A stretch of DNA of 64,000 nucleotides from Candidatus Buchananbacteria bacterium (lineage in GTDB: Bacteria > Patescibacteriota > Patescibacteriia > Buchananbacterales > UBA6539): positions 70,410-134,409 of the forward strand of contig JABWCG010000001.1 of the NCBI GenBank assembly GCA_013359225.1. The letters run 5' to 3'. The notes under the pieces are model-generated. The model saw nothing but the letters and a program-made list of their open reading frames with translations, searched no databases and was not told where the DNA came from. Shown here in pieces: positions 49,128 to 58,627 of this stretch. Positions within the stretch are counted from its first letter, which is position 1. Each line of letters starts with the position of its first letter. The position numbers and the translations under genes were made by a program.

Positions 49128-50415
49128 AGTTAAATTAAGAGACAGCTTTAAGTTTTTGCTTGTTAAGTTGACGGTTGTCATTAATCAACCTGCGCTGACG
49201 GCATTGGTGTTGGCCATGTTTGCCAGCCGATTGGGGCAGAAAAACCAGTACCGAGTTTTGGTAATGGGTCGTAGTATTTTTACCGACGACATCAGGTCAA
49301 TGGTTGAATTCAGCGGACAGATTGAGTATCAGGTTATTCATTTATCATTCTTTCAGGTGATTTTTGATCACTTCGTTTCTCGAACTGATCGGACAAAAAT
49401 AACTGAAAGTAACTACCACAACGTTACCGACGGCGTGATTGGCCGACAGCGATATCGTGCATATTTGGAAAAAATGTTTGAACCGCTAAAGCAGAGACTT
49501 GGTTTTCAGGCGGTTATTTCTGGTAATATCGGTTATATTGTCCAACAAGAATTGGCTAAAATTTGTCTTGAAAAAAATGTTGCCTTTGTGGTGCTTCATA
49601 AGGAGGCGGTAGTGGTATCTCAGGCGTATGGCAATTTTTTGAATGTGTATAAGCACCATCATTTTATGGGGCACAAAGTTATGTTTTATAATAAGCAGTG
49701 TATGCAGGGATTTTTAGATTTGCACATCCCCGGACTGACTCCGGACAAGGCTGTTTGTGTCGGTATCCCGCGGTTTGATAATTATTTTTTGAGAAAGGAA
49801 CCTGACGAGCGGGTGGTAAATCAAGTGGTGTTTTTCAGTTTTTTGCCAAGGTACTCTTCGCGGTTTTTGACCACAAATGAGGCAACTTTACAAAACATTG
49901 AGACAAGAGCTATTGAATTCTTTAAAATTGTTTATGAATGTGCTCAGCGCCATCCGGAAGTGCATTTCATTGTTAAGACCAAAATGTCTTTCCAGTATGT
50001 TGATTTCCCAACAAAAATTTTACGCACTTTTTATCCTGATGGTATAAAAAATCTTTCAATTGTTAATACTGGCGACCCATCAGAATTAATACATAATGCA
50101 TTGGCAGTAATTGGGTTTAATTCAACAACACTCATTGAAGCATTGATTGCCGGTAAACCTATTATTTCTCCATACTTTGGTGATATTATAACCGATCGGG
50201 ATTGGAGTTTTTTCCAGAAATATAGTAGTTTGGTTTGTTATGCCCAAACTAGTGAAGACCTAGAAAATTGTTTATTTAACAAAAGCAATAATTTGGGTTA
50301 TAGTGATGATACTAAAAAAGCATTTTTGGAAGAATATATTTCAATTTCTCACGGCGGTGCCAGTAAATTCGCCGAAGCAGAGATTATTAAAACTATTACT
50401 AATTTGTCTAAATAA
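49102..50415 (+). CDS. GT-B-fold protein, paralogous in its C-terminal domain to the ORF at 46838.
   Basis: …ALAVIGFNSTTLIEALIAGKPIISPYFG… parallels the ORF at 46838. Otherwise unassigned. Confidence 0.4.
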   Translation: MIMMIKKIKVKLRDSFKFLLVKLTVVINQPALTALVLAMFASRLGQKNQYRVLVMGRSIFTDDIRSMVEFSGQIEYQVIHLSFFQVIFDHFVSRTDRTKITESNYHNVTDGVIGRQRYRAYLEKMFEPLKQRLGFQAVISGNIGYIVQQELAKICLEKNVAFVVLHKEAVVVSQAYGNFLNVYKHHHFMGHKVMFYNKQCMQGFLDLHIPGLTPDKAVCVGIPRFDNYFLRKEPDERVVNQVVFFSFLPRYSSRFLTTNEATLQNIETRAIEFFKIVYECAQRHPEVHFIVKTKMSFQYVDFPTKILRTFYPDGIKNLSIVNTGDPSELIHNALAVIGFNSTTLIEALIAGKPIISPYFGDIITDRDWSFFQKYSSLVCYAQTSEDLENCLFNKSNNLGYSDDTKKAFLEEYISISHGGASKFAEAEIIKTITNLSK

Positions 50416-50423
50416 TCAATTTT

Positions 50424-51500
50424 ATGTTTAACTTTAAAAATAACCCACTTGGTAAAATAAAAATTGGCAACAAGTTTGTTGGTCAAGACGCGCCGACTTT
50501 TTTTATTGCTGAAATTGGCAATAATCATAATGGAGATTATTACTTAGCTAAGAAGAGTATTGAGGAAGCGGTAAAGGCCGGTGCCGATGCGGTAAAAATT
50601 CAGAAACGCACGGTTAAGGACGTTTTTGCCCGAGAGCTTCTGGAAAAGCCTCAGACTAAAGACCAGATTTACGGCAAGACGTATGGTGAATATCGCCAGC
50701 GGCTTGAATTAAATGACGACGATATTGTTAAACTTAAACAGTACGCCGATGAACTTGGAGTAATATTTTTTGCCACGCCGTTTGATAAAATCAGTGCCGA
50801 CTTTTTGGAGAGCATCGGTTCTGATTTGTATAAAATTGCTTCATTTGATGTTACTAATTTGCCGTTATTGGAGCATGTTGCTAAAAAAGGTAAGCCAATT
50901 ATCTTGTCGGTTGGTATGTCGGACTGGGATGAAGTAGATGAGGCGGTTGAAACCATCTTAAAATATAATGATCAATTGATCATTAAACACTGCGTGTCAG
51001 TATATCCGACCCCAGATGAAAAGATTAATTTAACCACTATGACAAAATTGCGCGAGCGCTATAATCCTTTGCCGATTGGCTATTCCGGCCACGAGCAAGA
51101 TATTTTGCCGACTTTGGCGGCAGTAGCCTTAGGTGCAAAGACCATTGAGCGGCATTTTACGTTAGATAAACATCTGCCGGGTCCCGATCACGCCACAGTC
51201 AGTATTGAGCCAGAGGAATTTAAAAGTATGGTAGACAGCGCCCGCCGAATTGAAAAGGCCCTTGGTGATGGCTTGTCTAAACTACTTGAAGATGAATTAA
51301 AAGCCAGAGAAAAACATGGTAAAAGTATTGTTAGTGCTACTGACATTAAGGCCGGGCAGGTGATTACGCCGGAAATGGTTACTATTAAGAGTCCTGGATA
51401 TGGTTTGAAACCAAACATGGTTGGGCAGTTGATTGGCAAAACGGCAAAAGTCGATATTGAGTCAGACTCGGTAATTACTAAAGAGCTAATTAATTGGTGA
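50424..51500 (+). CDS. Second NeuB-family nonulosonic acid synthase.
   Basis: …TFFIAEIGNNHNGDYYLAKKSIEEAVKAGADAVKIQKRT…. C-terminal SAF domain. 358 aa. Confidence 0.85.
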   Translation: MFNFKNNPLGKIKIGNKFVGQDAPTFFIAEIGNNHNGDYYLAKKSIEEAVKAGADAVKIQKRTVKDVFARELLEKPQTKDQIYGKTYGEYRQRLELNDDDIVKLKQYADELGVIFFATPFDKISADFLESIGSDLYKIASFDVTNLPLLEHVAKKGKPIILSVGMSDWDEVDEAVETILKYNDQLIIKHCVSVYPTPDEKINLTTMTKLRERYNPLPIGYSGHEQDILPTLAAVALGAKTIERHFTLDKHLPGPDHATVSIEPEEFKSMVDSARRIEKALGDGLSKLLEDELKAREKHGKSIVSATDIKAGQVITPEMVTIKSPGYGLKPNMVGQLIGKTAKVDIESDSVITKELINW

Positions 51501-51502
51501 TT

Positions 51503-52294
51503 ATGACGTATTTAGAAACCCTTTTTGATTTAAAAGATAAAGTGGCAGTAGTGACTGGCGGTTTGGGAATTTTAGGGACTCAGTACTGCGAAGCCTTGTT
51601 GAAATCCGGTGCAAAGGTGGCGGTGATTGATATTAACGAAGTAAAGAGTGATCACTACCTTGCTAATGCTGCTAATGGTGGTGCACTAAAGTTTTTTAAG
51701 GCGGATATTACTAATCGGTTAGAAATGGAACAAGCGTTACATGATATTGAAACGGATTGGTCAACTCCAGAAATTTTGATCAACAATGCTGCGCTGGATT
51801 TTCCTCCCAGCCCGGGCGTCAAGGAAACATTTGAGAATTATCCACTTGATAAATGGAACTCAGTGATTAATGTTAATTTAACTGGTGTGTTGGTGTGCTG
51901 CCAGGTGTTTGGCGGCGCGATGGCGCAAAAGAACGGCGGTAGCATTATTAATATTTCGTCCATTTATGGTATTGTTTCACCGGATCAAAGGATCTATAAA
52001 GACTTTGTTAAGCCGGTTTCTTATAGTGTCACTAAGTCGGGAATAATCAATTTTACTAAATATCTTGCAACATACTGGGCTGCAAAGAACGTGCGGGTAA
52101 ACACCCTAATTCCTGGTGGTGTTTTAGGTAGTCAGGACAAAGGGTTTATTGAAAAATATCAGTCGAAAGTGCCTCTAAATCGTATGGCACAAAAAGATGA
52201 ATATAACGGAGCAATTTTATTCTTAGCCTCCCGAGCTTCGTCGTATATGACCGGCTCCAGCCTGGTCGTTGACGGGGGATTAACCGCTTGGTAA
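51503..52294 (+). CDS. Short-chain dehydrogenase/reductase (SDR).
   Basis: TGGLGILG cofactor motif. YxxxK in YSVTKSG. ATG at 51503 is preferred over the GTG at 51494. Confidence 0.8.
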   Translation: MTYLETLFDLKDKVAVVTGGLGILGTQYCEALLKSGAKVAVIDINEVKSDHYLANAANGGALKFFKADITNRLEMEQALHDIETDWSTPEILINNAALDFPPSPGVKETFENYPLDKWNSVINVNLTGVLVCCQVFGGAMAQKNGGSIINISSIYGIVSPDQRIYKDFVKPVSYSVTKSGIINFTKYLATYWAAKNVRVNTLIPGGVLGSQDKGFIEKYQSKVPLNRMAQKDEYNGAILFLASRASSYMTGSSLVVDGGLTAW

Positions 52295-52301
52295 TGATTA
52301 T

Positions 52302-53060
52302 ATGATTAAAGAATTAAAGCGAAACAATTTAACAATTAAAATGGATGTTGAAACTGATTTTGAGCAACATCGATTTGATACTTTTATTGATAAAGAGCCA
52401 GAAACAATCACCTGGATCGAAACGTTGGTTAAGCCGGGCGAGGTTTTTTTTGACGTTGGTGCAAACATCGGAGTGTATTCTTTGTACGCCGCAACGTTTT
52501 TTAACAAAAATATTTCGGTATACTGCTTTGAACCAGTGTTTCATAATTTCAACAAACTGTGTAAAAATTTGGCTGCTAATGGTTTTGATAAGATTTGCAA
52601 CCCATATGCAATTGCCATTGCCGACGAAACTAAAGTTGATTACATTGATTTAGCGTCGGTAGTTTCCGGTTCGGCAAGCCATGCAATGGCGAATTCGCCA
52701 GAATATGTGATGAAAGACTTTAATTCGCAATTTCGTCAGGGGGTATTTTGTGTCAGTCTTGATGATTTAATCAATCAGTACGGTTTTGCAGTGCCAAATC
52801 ATATTAAGATTGACGTTGATGGTTTTGAGGAAAAAGTCATTGCAGGCGCGGCTGATGTTTTACGTCGCCCCGAATTAAAATCAATTTTAATTGAAATCAC
52901 CGACATTGACGGTGCTGTTGAACGAATTAGTCAAAAAATTATTGCATCTGGATTCAATACTAATCATCCGGTTAATTCTCAGCCTAATCATTCAAGGTTT
53001 CGCCGAGAAAAGTCGGGCAACGGTCATATTAAAAATATTATTTTTGTCCGGGATAATTAA
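52302..53060 (+). CDS. FkbM-family methyltransferase.
   Basis: FFDVGANIGVYSL…IKIDVDGFEEKV. Confidence 0.7.
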   Translation: MIKELKRNNLTIKMDVETDFEQHRFDTFIDKEPETITWIETLVKPGEVFFDVGANIGVYSLYAATFFNKNISVYCFEPVFHNFNKLCKNLAANGFDKICNPYAIAIADETKVDYIDLASVVSGSASHAMANSPEYVMKDFNSQFRQGVFCVSLDDLINQYGFAVPNHIKIDVDGFEEKVIAGAADVLRRPELKSILIEITDIDGAVERISQKIIASGFNTNHPVNSQPNHSRFRREKSGNGHIKNIIFVRDN

Positions 53061-53066
53061 GAGAGT

Positions 53067-54515
53067 ATGCAGTACCCCAAAAAAATCTTGCATTGGGTTA
53101 ATGACACCGAAATTGAAGGGCATTCAAAAGATTTTTTTAGTAAGTTAAACCCGGCCAATGAGCAAAAATTAGCTGATGTGGCCAGCGGCACTCAGGCGGA
53201 TGTTGAATCAGCCGTTGAGTCGGCAGTTGCGGCATTTGATATATGGCACTCCAAACCGGTTGTTGAGCGGGCAAACATTTTACAATCAGCGGCAAAGTTG
53301 TTGGAGGAGAAAAAAAGTGAATTGGCAGAAATTATCAGTCAGGAATGCGGCAAGTCATTAACTGATGCTCTTGGCGAAATTAATGCGGCTATTGAGTGCG
53401 GCCGGTTTATTGCCGAACAAACTCAAAGTTTTGCTCCTGAATTTATCAAAAGTAAGAACCCTGGCCGGACCGTATTTTTAACTCGTAATCCGGTCGGCGT
53501 TGCCGCTTTGATCGTTCCATTTAATAATCCGGCAGCAAGCCTAGCTTGGAAGATTTTTCCGGCCTTGTTTTGCGGCAACACGGTAGTTATCAAAGCTCAT
53601 GAAGATACGCCGTATGTTGCAGTTTGGTTTGCTAAAATTTTTAAAGAAGCCGGATTGCCAAACGGGGTAATATCGGTTGTTCAGGGTCTGGGGCAAGAGG
53701 TTGGTGCAGCGCTGGTTGCTGATAGTCGTGTTGACCTTATCAGTTTTACCGGCAGTGTACAGACTGGCAGGCTGATTATTAAAAATTCTGCCGACCGCTT
53801 AGCAAAAGTTTCAATTGAAGCTGGTGGCAAAAATCCGCTTGTAATTTGTGATGACGCCGATATTGATCTGGCGGTTGCAACAAGCATACAATCAGCTTTT
53901 GTGGATGGCGGCCAGCGTTGTGCTGCTGCTAGCAGAATAGTTATTTTTGAATCGGTGTACGAACAGTTTAAAGAAAAATTTTTGTCGGCGGTAAAGCAGT
54001 TGGTAGTTGGTGTTGCGCCGGGTGCTAATTATGGAGCCATTATTAATGAACGGCGTTTGAATCAGATTCTAGGATTTGTTTCCCGGGCCCGCGAGCAGGG
54101 AATAAAAATTTTAGCAGGCGGCAACAGAATTAGCGGCACAGGATTCTTTATGGAACCAACAGTCTTGGAGGGTGCTAGATTGGAAGATGAGATATCGTGT
54201 TTTGAAGTATTTGGTCCGGTAGTTAATTTATATCAAGTTAAAGATTTAACTGAAGCAATTAGGGTCTCTAATGCGACGCCTTTTGGCCTATCGGGTGCAA
54301 TTCACACCAAAGATCCTGATCGAGTGCAGAAATTTGTTGCTGGGTATCATAGCGGCGTTGTTCGAGTGAACGGTCCGACTCATGGTAGTGAACCGCACAT
54401 GCCATTTGGAGGTGTTAAATTGTCAGGTAACGGTTGGCGCGAACCAGGGCTTAAGGCGTTTGATTTTTATACTGATTGGCGCCAGGTTAGTATTGATAAC
54501 CAAAAATATGAATAA
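53067..54515 (+). CDS. NAD(P)-dependent aldehyde dehydrogenase family protein.
   Basis: Catalytic Cys region GQRCAAASR and Glu region (…LEAGGKNP…). 482 aa. Confidence 0.85.
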   Translation: MQYPKKILHWVNDTEIEGHSKDFFSKLNPANEQKLADVASGTQADVESAVESAVAAFDIWHSKPVVERANILQSAAKLLEEKKSELAEIISQECGKSLTDALGEINAAIECGRFIAEQTQSFAPEFIKSKNPGRTVFLTRNPVGVAALIVPFNNPAASLAWKIFPALFCGNTVVIKAHEDTPYVAVWFAKIFKEAGLPNGVISVVQGLGQEVGAALVADSRVDLISFTGSVQTGRLIIKNSADRLAKVSIEAGGKNPLVICDDADIDLAVATSIQSAFVDGGQRCAAASRIVIFESVYEQFKEKFLSAVKQLVVGVAPGANYGAIINERRLNQILGFVSRAREQGIKILAGGNRISGTGFFMEPTVLEGARLEDEISCFEVFGPVVNLYQVKDLTEAIRVSNATPFGLSGAIHTKDPDRVQKFVAGYHSGVVRVNGPTHGSEPHMPFGGVKLSGNGWREPGLKAFDFYTDWRQVSIDNQKYE

Positions 54516-55233
54516 AGTTATTGCATTAATTCCGGCCCGGTCAGGCTCTAAGCGAATACCAAATAAAAATATTAAAGAGCTACACGGCCATCCTTTGATT
54601 GCTTATACTATTAAAGCTGCTTTAAATTCAAAGATTTTTAGCCGGGTTATTGTTTCAACTGATAGTGAAGAAATCAGAGACATTGCTTTGCGGTATGGCG
54701 CCCAAGCGCCATTTTTGCGACCAAAGGATATGGCGTCTGATACCGCTTCGGACATTGAATGGGTTTCCCATGCCCTTGGAGAATTGGGTGATGATTTGAC
54801 AGATTGTTTTTCAATTTTGAGGCCAACTAGTCCATTTCGTCAGCCTGAAACTATCCAGCGGGCTTGGAAAAAATTTTTAGAGCATCCGAACTACGATTCA
54901 TTGCGGGCAATTGAAAAGGTTAGTCAGCACCCGGGCAAAATGTGGCGTCAGGAAGGTGATTATATTAAACCTTTAATGGAAAATCCAGATAAAAATGATA
55001 CCCCATGGCATTCAAAACAATATCATGCATTGCCGGAAGTGTATGTCCAAAATGCCAGCTTGGAAATTGCCTGGACAAAAGTACCGCTTGAACATGGCAC
55101 AATTGCCGGCGAAAAAATCGTGCCATTTTTTACTGAAGGCTATGAAGGTTTTGATATCAATAAATTTGAGGACTGGATCATCGCGGAGTATTTAATTAAT
55201 AATAATTTAGCACAATTACCAAGTATCAAATAG
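54508..55233 (+). CDS. Second acylneuraminate cytidylyltransferase-family protein (CMP-NulO/CMP-Kdo-like synthetase).
   Basis: MNKVIALIPARSGSKRIPNKNI. ATGAATAA overlap with the ALDH stop. The ORF-track start at 54382 is an upstream alternative-start artefact. Confidence 0.8.
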   Translation: MNKVIALIPARSGSKRIPNKNIKELHGHPLIAYTIKAALNSKIFSRVIVSTDSEEIRDIALRYGAQAPFLRPKDMASDTASDIEWVSHALGELGDDLTDCFSILRPTSPFRQPETIQRAWKKFLEHPNYDSLRAIEKVSQHPGKMWRQEGDYIKPLMENPDKNDTPWHSKQYHALPEVYVQNASLEIAWTKVPLEHGTIAGEKIVPFFTEGYEGFDINKFEDWIIAEYLINNNLAQLPSIK

Positions 55234-55234
55234 T

Positions 55235-57100
55235 ATGAGTAAACTATTTTTTGTTCCGACTAGTGAAATTAACCGAATTAAAGAAAATATTTCTGATAAT
55301 ATAGCCTTGGTTGGGGTGTTGGCCAATATCTTTAGGATTAATACGCTTTCAATGATTAAGGAAGCGGGCTCCGGACATGTTGGAACCAGCTTTAGTTGTT
55401 TGGATATTATGACATGGTTATTTACCAAAGAAATGAAAGCAGATGACGTTTATTTTTCTTCAAAAGGTCACGATGCACCGGGATTGTATGCGGTATTAAT
55501 CGGCTTAGGTCAACTTGATTATGAGTTCATTCACAAGTTGCGCCGGCTTAATGGCCTGCCTGGCCATCCGGATGTCGGAACACCACATATCCAGGCCAAT
55601 ACGGGATCGCTTGGCATGGGTATTTCCAAGGCTCGAGGCATGGCGATAGCAAACCGGCTTAATGGCGTGTCGTCAAAAATTTTTGTTTTAAGCGGTGACG
55701 GTGAATTGCAAGAGGGTCAGATTTGGGAGTCGTTACAGCCAACAGCCAATGGTAAATTCGGTGAGATCACGCTGATTGTTGATCATAATAAAATCCAGTC
55801 AGATATTTTTGTAAAGGATGTCTCCGATTTAGGAGAGTTGGAAAAAAAATTTGCGGCGTTTGGTTGGGAAGTTGCTAGGTGTGACGGCCATGATATTGCG
55901 GCGTTAAAAAATATTTTTGAGAAATTTAATATTATTACTGATCGGCCAAAAGTTTTGATCGCCGACACTGTCAAGGGCAAGGGTGTTGGTCTTATGGAAG
56001 GCGAGCGCGGCTTTGCTGATGGACTTTATAAATTTCACAGCGGTGCGCCAAGTGATGAAATATATTCAGTAGCAATTACCGAGTTAATTGGCAAAGTAAA
56101 TGATACATTACGAGCCTTAAACTTGGATCAATTACGGCTTGAGAGTAATGAATTGATGCCGCGAACATCACCGACTAATCCGCAGCGTTTAGTTGCCTCG
56201 TTTAGCGATGCGTTGGTTAAACTAGGCGAAGAAAACGAAAACATTGTGGCTTTAGATGGCGATTTGGCGCTTGATTGTGGATTATTACCGTTTAAGGCTA
56301 AGTATCCAAGCCGTTTTATTGAATGCGGTATCGCCGAGCAAGATATGGTTTCAGCGGCCGGCGGCTTAGCTTTGAAAGGTAAACTGCCGATTGTTAATTC
56401 ATTTGCTTGTTTTCTTTCAACCAGACCCAATGAGCAGATTTATAATAATGCAACTGAAAAAACCAAGATAATTTATGTCGGCTCTCTGGCTGGTTTATTG
56501 CCGTCGGGACCGGGGCATTCTCACCAGTCGGTTCGCGATGTTTCAATTTTAGGATCAATTCCCGGTTTAACCATGATTCAGCCAAGCTGCGAAACGGAAA
56601 CAGCGCTGGCTCTGGAGTGGGCAGTTAAGCAAAATAATAGCAGCAGTTATTTGCGGCTAGTCAGCATTCCGGTTGCCGTACCATATCAGTTGCCGCCTGA
56701 CTATGTATTAACAAAGGGCAGGGGAGTTAAATTGATTGAGGGTTCGCAGGCAATTATTTTTGCTTATGGCCCAGTGATGCTGGCGCAGGCATATCAGGCG
56801 GCTATTAAATTAAAACAAGAGGACGGACTTTCGGTTGCGGTTATTAACTTGCCATGGCTTAATGAAATTGATCAGGCTTGGCTGGAAGAAATTACTGCGA
56901 AATTCGAAAAGGTATTTAGTATTGATGATCATTATGTGAAATTTGGTCAGGGCGCGCTACTGTCGCAAGTATTAGGCAAAAAAATAACGTACTTAGGATT
57001 AACAGAAATTCCAAAGTGCGGTTGGAACGATGAAGTTTTAGCGTATCACGGTCTGGATGCGCAGGGGATTGCCAAAACAATTCGTGCGACGCTTCAGTGA
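55235..57100 (+). CDS. tkt: Transketolase (full-length, N- and C-terminal domains fused).
   Basis: TPP-binding region (…GSGHVGTSFSCLDIM…, …GDGELQEGQIWE…) and C-terminal transketolase domain. 621 aa. Confidence 0.8.
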   Translation: MSKLFFVPTSEINRIKENISDNIALVGVLANIFRINTLSMIKEAGSGHVGTSFSCLDIMTWLFTKEMKADDVYFSSKGHDAPGLYAVLIGLGQLDYEFIHKLRRLNGLPGHPDVGTPHIQANTGSLGMGISKARGMAIANRLNGVSSKIFVLSGDGELQEGQIWESLQPTANGKFGEITLIVDHNKIQSDIFVKDVSDLGELEKKFAAFGWEVARCDGHDIAALKNIFEKFNIITDRPKVLIADTVKGKGVGLMEGERGFADGLYKFHSGAPSDEIYSVAITELIGKVNDTLRALNLDQLRLESNELMPRTSPTNPQRLVASFSDALVKLGEENENIVALDGDLALDCGLLPFKAKYPSRFIECGIAEQDMVSAAGGLALKGKLPIVNSFACFLSTRPNEQIYNNATEKTKIIYVGSLAGLLPSGPGHSHQSVRDVSILGSIPGLTMIQPSCETETALALEWAVKQNNSSSYLRLVSIPVAVPYQLPPDYVLTKGRGVKLIEGSQAIIFAYGPVMLAQAYQAAIKLKQEDGLSVAVINLPWLNEIDQAWLEEITAKFEKVFSIDDHYVKFGQGALLSQVLGKKITYLGLTEIPKCGWNDEVLAYHGLDAQGIAKTIRATLQ

Positions 57101-57104
57101 TGAT

Positions 57105-58496
57105 TTATTGACCCTGTCTGGTCAGAATGGTTTTAATTGTTTTAAGAGAAATGCTTAGATCAACCGCGAGCGAACGATTTTTGATATAATATAAATCGTA
57201 TTGTAATTTTTGATAACTTTCTTCAACTGAACCACCATACGCCGGACCCATTACTTGAGCCCAACCGGTTAAGCCCGGTTTAACTAGCAATCTTTCTTTG
57301 TAGAAAGGAATTTGATTCTGGAGCTGATTAACAAATTCCGGTCGTTCTGGACGCGGACCGATTAAACTCATTTCCCCGCGTAAAACATTAAACAACTGTG
57401 GAATTTCGTCCAGTCGGGTCTTGCGCATGAATTTACCGACCCTGGTAATTCGTGGATCATTTTTAGCGGCCCATTGGGGGCCGTTTTTTTCGGCTTCAAT
57501 AATCATGGTTCGGAATTTAGTTGCTTTAAAATCTTTGCCGTTTTTGCCGGTTCTGATCTGGCTGAAAAACACTGGACCCTTGCTACTGAGTTTGATAGCC
57601 AGCGCAATAAAAGGGATGATCGGCAGTGAAATAACGAGAATTATCAAAGACGCAACAACATCAAAAAGCCGTTTGATAATTTCGTAAACCCTTTTATTAT
57701 TTTCCGCTAAGTTTTCTAAAAACCAAATTTGTTCGATGGTGTTGATTGGTACGCGCCCCATAATTTTTTCGTAAAAGGTGGCAATATCAAAAAAACTTAT
57801 TTTGAGCGGCAGGCAGGAAAATAGTCCTTTCATTAGTGCCGGATTTTCTCTTGGGTGAACCGTTGAAACGATGGTACTTATTTTATGTTCAAGGCAAATT
57901 TGATGTAACTCTTCCAGATCTTTTTTGATGGCAATTTTTTGCAGTGATTCAGGGACAGCTTGATCGTCAATGGTGATAATGGTTTTTACCCGCAATCCAA
58001 GCTGCGGGGTTTTTTCAATCTGATTGATAATGTCTTGAGCCAAAGAATTTAAGCCGATAATTAGCAGGTTATTTGATATTTTTGATGACTTGGTAATGAA
58101 ATCAAACAGAGTATGCCAGGCGTATATTAGAACGAGGGCAGTAATTGAATTGACCGCCAGTGTAGTTTGGGGACGAATGGTAAACAGCCGGTCTTGTCCG
58201 AGATAGAAAAAGACGACGGCAAAAAACCCACCAATAATGATATCGCGAACAATTCTGACAATCAGTCCGGCGCGGCCCTGGCGAAAACTCAATTCATAGA
58301 TATCGTCAATATAAAATGCCAACAGCCAGATGCCGTATACTACTGTGAATGGCAGGATGTGCCGCGACCAAAGCCACGGTTCATAGTTGCCAAAATACCT
58401 GATAACTAAAGTTAACCAAAGCGAAAAATAGAGGATAGCAATATCCCCGATCATTAAGATGTATTTTCTGGTTTTAATTGCGGTATCTTTTCCCAT
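57105..58496 (-). CDS. Initiating polyprenyl-phosphate sugar-1-phosphate transferase (WbaP/PglB-type bacterial sugar transferase).
   Basis: N-terminal TM bundle. C-terminal domain KRLFDVVASLIILVISLPI…PVFFSQIRTGKNGK…EIPQLFNVLRGEMSLIGPRP. Confidence 0.85.
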   Translation of the reverse strand: MGKDTAIKTRKYILMIGDIAILYFSLWLTLVIRYFGNYEPWLWSRHILPFTVVYGIWLLAFYIDDIYELSFRQGRAGLIVRIVRDIIIGGFFAVVFFYLGQDRLFTIRPQTTLAVNSITALVLIYAWHTLFDFITKSSKISNNLLIIGLNSLAQDIINQIEKTPQLGLRVKTIITIDDQAVPESLQKIAIKKDLEELHQICLEHKISTIVSTVHPRENPALMKGLFSCLPLKISFFDIATFYEKIMGRVPINTIEQIWFLENLAENNKRVYEIIKRLFDVVASLIILVISLPIIPFIALAIKLSSKGPVFFSQIRTGKNGKDFKATKFRTMIIEAEKNGPQWAAKNDPRITRVGKFMRKTRLDEIPQLFNVLRGEMSLIGPRPERPEFVNQLQNQIPFYKERLLVKPGLTGWAQVMGPAYGGSVEESYQKLQYDLYYIKNRSLAVDLSISLKTIKTILTRQGQ

Positions 58497-58573
58497 GAGG
58501 TTTGATTAATTAGCTAAATCATACGATAAAATAGGCAAAAAGTCAATGTTGCAAATCTTGATTAATTGGGGCT

Positions 58574-58600
58574 TGACTGGTAGAATTAAAATGCTATTTT
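58574..58600 (+). promoter_or_regulatory. Candidate sigma-70 promoter for the Wzy_C-TPR gene.
   Basis: TTGACT (58574-58579), 15-nt spacer, then extended -10 TGcTATTTT. Confidence 0.35.
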
Positions 58601-58627
58601 AGCGGGTTATTTTTTAATTTCTATTAT

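Noticed and set aside
55235-57100. Transketolase as definite evidence for a novel branched-sugar pathway.
   Set aside because: Reduced genomes usually retain a housekeeping transketolase for the non-oxidative pentose-phosphate pathway. Without copy-number or phylogeny data, the housekeeping explanation is at least as likely. Kept as a low-interest finding only.
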